A DNA stretch of 64,000 nt from the human T2T-CHM13v2.0 reference genome, Homo sapiens, in the NCBI RefSeq assembly GCF_009914755.1, contig NC_060936.1, one strand, 5' to 3'. This document shows positions 52,554 to 64,000 of this stretch, one piece after another (the stretch's first letter is position 1; each line of letters opens with the position of its first letter). The notes beneath the pieces were generated by a model, which was not told where the DNA came from, searched no databases, and saw only the letters and a program-made list of their open reading frames with translations. Made by a program: the position numbers and the translations under genes.

Positions 52554-53191
52554 GGGGGCATGTTTTGGGAGGCTGTGATCTGCCCCCTGGAACAGACCCT
52601 GGCATTGAGGGTCTTGCACGGTAGGGATGGAGTGGCCTGTGTAGGCTGAAAGGGCTGGGAAGAACATTAGGGAGGTCATTGAGTTTATAGCTGTTCTTTG
52701 TCATCAGCTCATCTGCGTGGAGGGAGCAGCAGCACATGTAACTCCAGCCAGCATTCTCCAGAAGCCACTCTGTTGTCACAGGAGCACACCATGTTGTGAC
52801 CTGTCAGTATCACAGATGTCTCATGTTCTGAGAAAATACAGCCCTTCACACCAAATAAGGAAAATATCTTGTGAAAGAAAACTGAGTCAGAAGAAGCCAG
52901 AAAACTTGGCTACTTTCCAGTTGCGTTTCCCAATTTGGCTCCTCCCTGCTCCTCGGGGATAGGATGGGAAATGGAAATCAGCTGGAAATAGCAGAAAGGG
53001 CACCCAACTGACAAATTTGAGTCTTGTATCTGCCAATCACATTTAAATAGCATCCCAGATCTCAGCAAGGCTGATCATAATACTGGCCTCAAATGAATTT
53101 GTGGAGATTAAATGACATCCAGATAAGATGGTCTGGAAACAGTGAACCCACAATTAATTTGTTAATGGTCCATTTTCAGGATCATCTAACT

Positions 53192-53355
53192 CAGTGGTTC
53201 TCAAAATGTGACCTCAAACCAGCATCAGCATCAGCATCACTGGAAACTTGATTGAAATGCAACACTGTGGGCCCAGCCCAGACTTACTAAATCAGAATTG
53301 GTGTTTAGCAACACTTCTAGAAGATTCTGATGCTCTTTAAAATTTGAGAATCAGT
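53192..53355. mobile_element. MER5A-like hAT DNA transposon
   Basis: cagtggttctcaaa...cagcatcagcatcactgg...tttgagaatcagt. Confidence 0.7.
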
Positions 53356-56300
53356 AGGCCAAAGCAGAAGTCTAAGTAAAAATATTCCTTTTCTCTCTTT
53401 ATTGATGACTGATTCATACATTTCCCGTTTCAACAAATTATTATTTTCTTATTGTGCTGCGGCTTGTTTTTCCCAAATAGTTTTTCCTGGCAGCAGATCT
53501 AGTTCAAAGGTCTTGTCCCACAGGCTTGCTGGCTGTGGGCTAGTTCAGAATTCGGAGGCAATATCACCCTGTTGTCAGCATTGAAGAGAACAAGTAGAGA
53601 GGGGGCTGGTTATCCCCCTGTGGGTTGTAAGGTGGAATTGGAGCCCACCCAAACAATCAGAGCTGAAGCCCCAGGTCCTGGAACAATGTGACCAGCTTCT
53701 GTTGGGCATCACGTGTGTGTGACCCTATGGGCATATCACCTGTCCTTACCAGGCCTACCTGGAGGCACTCCACTCACCCTACACCCCACCTTGACACTGC
53801 TGGCCCTATCTTCACCACTCTCCCCTCTGCCCCAGCCATACTGTCCTCCTCCTGGCATTCCTGGATCACACCCGGGGGCATTTATACTTCCCATTCCTTC
53901 TTGCTGGAGCACTGCCCCCACCCACCATGCCTTCCTGGCTGACATGCTCAATTCCTTCAAGTTTCTTGTCCAGTGTCACCCACCCACTGCCTATGATTGC
54001 TTTCTACTGTCATTTCTCTTCATTGCCTCTGTAGGGCCTGAAATAGTACAGTGATTTGATTATCTCTGTTGTGCCTTTCTCCTGCACTATACTGTAAGCT
54101 TCAAGAACTTACAGGCCCCGTTGTATTTGCTCAGCACTGTGCCTGCAGCTCTGTGGAGGACACAAACGGAGAACCAGGCAATTGTGCTGTTTGCTCCCAG
54201 AAGCACCTGAGGGCTCACTAATTGCCACTTGATTTGTGTAATTGCATCACCCTGCAGTTGCTCTAGGAAGAGCAGCAGGTAAATTTTGGCAGGGCAGGAT
54301 GAGCCAAGTTGCTCAGAAAGTTCTATGGAAATCCATATTTTAATGACAGGTGGTCCATTTTTCTGCCTGCCCAACAGAACATGCTTGATCCAGATGGTTA
54401 AGGCTGAATTTTTCATCTCTCCTGACCTGCCAGCCGCTCTATGGAACCTCATTTTCTCCTGTGGTAGGGGAAGTGGCATCTGCCCTGCAATACGCAGGTG
54501 GGATAAGGAGCAGAGAGAAGACCAGGGAAGGAGCCCACAGGCTCTGTGCCCAGCTGAGGCTCTAAGACCCAGCCCCCAGCCCCCCTGTTGGAGGGGGCAC
54601 CGGGCACTCTCACCGCCTTATAGAAAGTGCTCAGGAAGTTGGTCTCCTCCATCAGGGCATCCACTTTGGCCTCCAGCCCCACTTTGTTCATGTAGACAGC
54701 ATCCATGTCCCACAGAACATGCTATCACTCTGGGCCTTACCCTTCCAGGGATAACCAGCCCCCTCTGTCTGTGAATTAGGTGGGAGAGCTTCAGCTCCCA
54801 AGGACAGAGCATCTGTCTACTCCAGGCCATGGAGTAGAACTTAGAACTTGGAGAGGAGGGAGGGAGTAGAACTTCCAAACTCTGTGAAGACCAGGGCCTT
54901 CAGGGGTGCCCACCTGCCCATCAGCTCTGGTGCCACATTGAAAGGTCTCCTGCATCACCTCACATTGTGAGGACAACCCTGTTCTGGCCCTGGCCACCAA
55001 GCAGGAAGGCCCAGGACTCCGTGGAGCTGCTTCTGGGCTGCCCTGTCCTCCTGAGCCTGACTGGGTGCCTAGAGACCCAGCCCAGGACAAGGCCCGTTTT
55101 GCTTCCCCTGTCTCCACACTGGACTCCACACGGCGGGGGCTGGTGTTGGGATTTGCAGCTCAGACTTTGGAGTCCTGGGTCCTGACTCACTCCTGATTAC
55201 CTAGGTAGCCCTGGGCAAGTGTCTTTACCTCTCTGAATTGCAGTTTTCCCACTGTTAAAGTAAGACCTACTTCTAGGCTTGCTGTGCAAATTAAATAAGG
55301 CCTTGTATGAGGCCACTGGGAGCTGGGCAGGAGGAACTCTGTCCACTCATCTTGAGCACCACAAACTCATTCTCTGCCTCAGTGCACCTGTTGAGTTCTT
55401 CTTCATACCTCTGGGAAGGATCAAGAAGTGGTTTGGGGTTGGATTGGGCGCTGGTAGTGAGGTCAGAGCAGTAGGGTGGAGGTGGACAGGCAATGGTGGG
55501 TCTGCAGAGCAGCCTTAGCAAATGCTCCACTGTAGCCTGGCTCTCCTATGACACACATGGCCCCAAATCCCAAATCAAATAAACCACCAAACACAACCCA
55601 AACCCAAAGCAACAAAACAGATCCCCTCTCAGTCTACTTGAGGTTTCTTTTCTCACAGCTCAGCTCCTTGGAGTATTTGGGTCCCATAAAGGGGCATATA
55701 CATTTCCTTTTTTTTTTTTTTTTTTTTTTTATGGTCTTGCCCCAACCCAGGGCAGGGAGGAGAGGAACAGGGAGAAAGGTCAGAGGCCGGCAGCCCCTCA
55801 CTGTACAACACTCGCATTTCCCTCACTCTGTTCAGGCACACTGAACTGTGGCCTAAGGAGCAGAGACTTCAGGACCATAGGAACCCTCTCCCCCAAAGGT
55901 TTCTCATTCTTCAATTTACCTGTAGGCAGCAACCCCACCCTGTCTGTCCCCCAGGGGCATGTGGAGGTGCCTCCTGCTCACTGATCTCTGGGAAGGAAGT
56001 TTTGCTTCTGTTCCAGGTGACCCATTCTCCACCCAACCTACTTGGGTGCATCAGCACACCCCACCCTCGTGGTGCTAGACAGCTGTGGTTTTGATCTCAG
56101 CTGCTCTGCCCATCAGCCATATGACCTCTCAGAGGATCTTTCTCTACTATGTAATGGAAAGTTGTCATTCTTTTAAAACCACAGAGTCCCATCACACATG
56201 ACTTACATGAAGCAGGATCTTCCTGGCTTTTATATTTCCTCTGCTGCTCTATAGGATCTGAGAAAATCTCTTGCTTGCCATTGAAATTTCAGTATTGTGC

Positions 56301-56966
56301 TTTCTCTCAGTGTTCTCTGGGAAGAGCAATTTGGTTTTCCTCATCGTTTCTTTGAGTTGCCTTTTAATGAACTCTGAATGTCTCTTCTTCACCTAACTCC
56401 ATACAACTGTCCTCGTCTTCCATGTGGCCCAGCTCACAGTCCCTCTGCTGAAGGGCAAGCATCGCCTGGCCCTGCACAGGCCACTTTGATGCCACAGGAA
56501 CACTGCCTGGTCATTGACTAGGAACACACTCTTCAACAGATGCCCTACCATATCCCTCCCCTGTGCCTTCTTCCTTTTCAATGCTAAGCTTTAGCCTTCT
56601 CCTCCAGGAAGTCTTCTTGTATTGAAACACTGTTAGTCCACGCTTGCATACATGTTATAAATTACCCATCTGCACTTGCTTCTCTTGTCTGCGTCTGTAT
56701 CACTACACGTACCTAATCATAAATACAATAAACATAGCTAACACTTATTAACAACTTACTATGTGCCAGGCACTGTGAACCCTACCAAGCACCTTACATG
56801 CAAGTTTTGATTTAATAATCTCAATGCTCTTGTGAGGTGGGCACTATTGATGTCTCTTTTAACAGATAAAGAACCTGGGGCTTTGAGAGATTAAATAGTT
56901 TTCTTAAGGTCATTCAGCCATTAAGTGGTTGAGCCAAGATCCTAAATCCACTGACTCTGAAGTCTA

Positions 56967-57180
56967 TAGTGCTATCCAGGAGAACTTTCCACGATAACAG
57001 AATTGCTCTGTATCTGTGTTCATTACAGGATCCATTAGCCATGTGTGGCCATTGAACACCTGAAATGTGGCAAGTGTGACTGAGGAACTGAATTTTAAAT
57101 TTTATTTAATTTTAATTAATTTAAACTTAAATAGTCATCTGTGGCCACTGGCTCCTGGCTACTATGTTGGACAGCACAAC
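56967..57180. mobile_element. MER3-like hAT DNA transposon
   Basis: tgaaatgtggcaagtgtgactgaggaactgaattttaaattttatttaattttaattaa...ttggacagcac. Confidence 0.7.
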
Positions 57181-57377
57181 TCTAAAACCTGAACTTGTGC
57201 TAGAGTATACAAACAGTGTTAACCAAAACTCATGATCCAGTTACTAATTTTGGTTAGACCAAGAGAATTAAAAATAATTAGAACCAGAAAAATAAGAAAT
57301 AAAAATAAGTAAAAACAGTAAAATCAAGAAATTTGTATCTACAGGCATGAGCATTTGAGCATCTCATTATGTTTAGT

Positions 57378-57378
<1 letters not shown>

Positions 57379-57416
<38 letters not shown>
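57379..57416 (+). repeat. (GT)~19 microsatellite
   Basis: Perfect dinucleotide run. Confidence 0.95.
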
Positions 57417-57418
<2 letters not shown>

Positions 57419-60350
57419 TCCTGGGAGAAGGCAGCAAATGTGTCCTTTCTTTTTTGTTCTCCAGCCTCTTTGCCTGGATTAGAGTGAATATGTGAACACT
57501 GTGCAAATTAGCAGTGAGATTTAGTTGCATTCATGTGAGAGTGAGATTCTATGGGATTCATTCTTAACTCCTGAGTTGCCACTTTGTGTCATCTTTGGTA
57601 TGCTATCTCAGAGCCTTACTTTCCTTATCTGCAGAGTTTGAAGAATGCTGTGTGTATCATGCTTTTTGTACCTATGTTAGGTATCATCATCTACAATCCC
57701 AGCCCTTCACTAAAGCCTCAGCATTCTTGACCACAGGGTGGGTCCCAGTTCTCTTGACACTTTTATGTTTACTTCTGATTCCACCTCTGTGCCCTAAGTG
57801 TGTTCCGTTTCCCCACTAGACTGGACATTTCTGGAGAGCAGAGGCTGTTTCTCCTGCCCCCTCTGACCTCCCCTGGAGCCCCAGGGCAGGACCCTGGCCC
57901 AGGCACTGGCTGAGCGTCTGCTCACTTGTTCTTGAAGTCCCCTACCACGTCCTGGATGTTCTTTAACTCCACATCCAACTTCACATACCCTCCACCCAGG
58001 CAGTCCAGCTGCTGCTTCATGTTGTCGATGTGGACATCAAACATGGGCTCAAAATTGGCCCTGGTGGTTTTTTGGCCTTGCAGGAAGCTCCATTTAGTCT
58101 CCAGGACTTTGTTCTCCTGTTCCAGAAACCACACCTGCCCCAGTCAGAGGTAAGAGACTGAGAGAGCTTCCATGCAGGAGCCTCCCAGAGGGCTCTGGGA
58201 TATGGGATCCCTAACAGTGCAGGGAGGCTCTGCACAACCTGGATCTCAGAGTCCAGGTGGCAGGCTCTTCCTCCTCTTCCTCAGCCTGGAAGGAACCTGG
58301 AACATAGAGAGCCAAGCAGATGTTGGTGCAATGGGGTTGGGGGACAGATGGTTTTGTTTGGAGAGGGGAGAAGCAGGAAGAGTCAGAGGGGCTGGCACCA
58401 ACCAGGTGCATGTGTGATAATTCAAGAAAAGAACACGCCACCATCATATTACTGGGTGAAGTTTTGAATTCCATTAAATGGGCAGGAGGTCCTTGGCAGA
58501 AAGTTTAATATGTCCATTTTCTTTCTGACATGATCTCTCTAGACCTAGAATCTGGACTCAGTTGTCCATATACTCTGGGAATGCTGCAATGGGTCACACT
58601 GGAGTTGCATTGTGAGGACGCAGGTATGTCCCCAGCCAGGTCCATCATGAGCTGTGTGGCCTAGGGCCAGCCCCCACACCCCTTCCTCTGTCTGCTCTCT
58701 CGAGTCCTTTGTGGTCTTGTGCAGCCAGTTTGGGTTTCTTGAATAACCCTTATCTCACCTCAGCATGGAAGACAGACTTGGGAAATACACACAATTTTTC
58801 CCCTTAAATAAAGTCCCCAGGACAAGATCTGGGGATTGGAGTCTGGAGCAGACTTGGAGCAGGCCTGGGGGTTTCCGGGCCCCCTACCCACGCAGGCTTT
58901 CAGCCACACATTGTGGACACTCCTGTAGCCTCTCATCTGAACTCCCTTCTCTATTCCCAGGTCTTGGGCTCTGAACCCAAAGTCACTAAATTATGCTCCT
59001 CCCATTCTGTTCACTTATGATTTCTAAAAATTCATTTATTGGAGATTCAGTCTGTGCCACACCACACGACAGGTCAGCCGCAAGCATGATTTCATTTAAT
59101 TCTCATAATAACTTTGTGAGGGTGGATGATAAAAATAAGGACAATTTTGAATATCTTTTGAGCAGCCACTATGGGTAGCTGGTTTCCATGTATCTTCTTT
59201 AATCTGAAATAGCACTACAGGGGTTGCCGTTAAGATCCTTGTTTGACAAAGGAGGCCGATTGAGACACAGTGTAGTTAGGCACGTTTGTTGAGGTCACAT
59301 AGCTAGTGAGCACTGGGGCCATTGTCAGAACCCGGACTCCTGGTCCCATGCCCTGAATCATTGCACCCCACACAGTTGGGAAGATCAGGCTCAGAGATGA
59401 GAGCCAGTTTGGCCAGTGGAGAAAGCCTGAGGATGTCACTGCAAATTCCTGTCCCTCCACTTCTCTCCTCTCTTGGTCTGAACTCGCCCTCACCCCAACA
59501 CCAGGGATTTCACAATTGTTCTCAGTGTCATTTCTCTCCTTCCTGCCGTCCTCCCTCTCCCGTCCACTCCAAATTTTAGCCCCTGGTTTTACACTCATCT
59601 TCCCTCCTGATTCACGGCCTCCCTCTCCCCCGACTTCACTTCCTGCTCCTTCACCCTGGACAAAGGTGTTTTAGAACCCTGTCCCAAGTAGCTCACATCA
59701 GTTCCTGAGCATTGAACTCACTCCCTCCAAGCCCACATCGACTGCCCCACTCTGGGTGAGCCCACTGGGCTATGCCCCAGCTCAGGCCTGATGGGAGGGG
59801 TCCAGGAGACTGTAAACTCAGGAATGTGGGAGCTTACTGGATATCTCACTGCTGCCTGCAATTATGGGCTAAATGGCTCCTCTCCTTGGTGAAAGCGTTG
59901 CTCCCAGGGCTGCCTTTTAACTCCTCTTCGTGGCCTGTTATTTCTCTGCTGGGTCTGCAAGTTTGAAACTGTCAGGGAAAAATCAGCCCCTCTGCTGGGC
60001 CGCCCACCCGGCGTCAGTATTCTGGAACACTGGTTTGGAATGGGGACGGCACTAACAGAGCAGGGAGGCCGGTCTGGGCTTCTCCCAACAGCTCCGGCTT
60101 CCCAAACAAGGCATGCCAAGGAGAGGGAAAAGGAAGTCTGGCCAGCCCTGCACTCCCTGCACCTCTGCAGCCCGCCCTCCCTTCCTCCCAGCCAGCTTTC
60201 TTAGCTCAGAGGGAAGGGGCAAGGGTGATGCCTCTGAGCACTGGTTGTGTGATCCCCATGCTGGGAGCAGGCCTGGGAGAGGAGGAGAATTGCTTTGGGT
60301 CAGTCACCATTCCAAACAGAGGGCCAGACACCAAACAGGTGACACATGCA

Positions 60351-60356
60351 TTTAAT
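60351..60356 (-). terminator. Candidate KRT75 polyadenylation signal ATTAAA
   Basis: tttaat on the plus strand about 430 nt after the stop; GT-rich sequence downstream on the minus strand. Confidence 0.55.
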
Positions 60357-60782
60357 AGACACATTCCAGGGAGGGAACAGAGGGAGCACTCACTCCCAGC
60401 AGGCCACTTATAAACACTATGAGACAGGTGGGTGACAACCTGGCATTGAGAGACTCCCCAGCCTCTGCATCTGGAGGGAGGGAGGGAGGTGGAGCTGGAG
60501 GAGGACTTTCCAGCTGCCCGGGCCTCGCAAGATAGGCTGAATGAGAGCCTTGGGAGAGAGCAGGCTTTGGTTTCACATGTGTAACAGACGGGTGCTGCTG
60601 GCAGTCTGGGCACTGTCAGGAGGGAGAGGCTGGCTTAGGCCTGGGAATGGGTATAGCCAGTACTCCAGGCTCCCAGCAGCACAGGTGCACCTTACAAGGA
60701 GAGAGGAAGGAGGAGGACCCTGGTGTCCAGGTGTGACTGCAAACAGGCCTCAAGGCAGGGTAGAGGGAGCCATGGGGCTCTC

Positions 60783-63117
<2,335 letters not shown>

Positions 63118-63679
63118 CTGATTGGGAAGAGCAGGGAGAAGGAAGGTTACCAATGTGGCCAGCAGCTTAAGGGCCTTTGCAATGACACTTTTGTAATTGT
63201 TGACAAAGCATTTAAACATACTTTATTATTTTTATTGCAGAAGTAATGCAGGTTGAAATTATTTGAGAACTAGTAGTATTAAAGATAATATTAATAATCT
63301 AATGAATAAAATAAGGTGGAGTTTGAGGTTCACAGGAGCAAAATCTATAATCTCAGAAATACAATTTTTGGTTTAAACTACTTAGATGCCTTAAGGAAAT
63401 TAAAAGTAATCATATACTGGCATCAACTGGAAAGAAGGGCCTGTCCTATAATAAGATTTGTCTCTCAACAAGGGACCATTGTCATGCACTGAGCCAGGGC
63501 TGAGCTTATTGTATATAGGTGTGGAGAGGCGTCTGAGTCATAAAAATAACAATAGTAATATCAGTTTATTATTATCTTAGCAACCAAGTAACTTTGCTTT
63601 AGCATCTTCAGGACAGAACTGGCATTCATTCATAAACACATACTGAGAAACTTAACAAGAGGTAACAGCTGTTGATTAC

Positions 63680-63860
63680 CTGTTACTTATATCACACCAC
63701 TTAGTTCTCTCAACAACCCCATGAGGTAGGTATTATTTGCTCACTTTTATAGAGGGAGAAATGGAAGCTCAGACAAGTTAACTAACTTGCCCATAGTCGC
63801 AAAGCTGGACTTGAAGACAGATTCATCTGACACCAAAGCCTATGTCTTTGGCCATGAAAC
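63680..63860 (-). mobile_element. MIR SINE remnant (approximate ends)
   Basis: ctcaacaaccccatgaggtaggtattattt...cttttatagagggagaaatggaagctcagacaagttaactaacttgccca. Confidence 0.7.
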
Positions 63861-64000
63861 TGAATGATAGCTAACATTTATCGAACACGCTGTGTACCAT
63901 GCATTGTTCTAAGAGCTTTGTGTGTATTCCCTTATTTTAACCCTTTTAATAATGTGAGAGTTTAGAACTATTGTTATTCACATTTTATTGGATGAGAACA

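Noticed and set aside
59230-59270. Peptide SASFVKQG resembling the end of keratin exon 1 (FASFIDKV), as a candidate pseudogene exon 1
   Set aside because: It lies in a MIR-like sequence, with no GT donor in the right place and no upstream [13 protein letters not shown] homology. Coincidental.

Overview
Human-type genomic DNA from the type II (basic) keratin cluster (chr12q13.13 by gene content and order). All genes lie on the minus strand. From left to right: the 5' half of hair keratin KRT85 (exons 1-4, cut by the window edge); complete KRT84 (9 exons, 600 aa); complete KRT82 (9 exons, 513 aa); a full-length SVA retrotransposon; a degenerate unprocessed keratin pseudogene (exons 2-9 found, exon 1 not found; position fits KRT90P/KRT124P); and the last two exons of KRT75. 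I reconstructed all exon boundaries by hand from GT-AG junctions and the conserved type II exon sizes (209/61/96/165/126/221/32-35). The rest is ordinary mammalian interspersed repeat (L1, L2, MIR, Alu, MER, MLT1) and simple repeats. Most ORFs in the supplied track are spurious. I found no convincing evidence of a wholly new biological system. The best leads are: (i) a 14-bp motif plus variant TATA box shared at fixed spacing by the three hair-keratin promoters; (ii) the SVA's expanded higher-order CT repeat and its double poly(A) 3'-transduction tag, next to the KRT82 promoter; (iii) the headless pseudogene just downstream of KRT75, whose inactivating lesions can be listed exon by exon.
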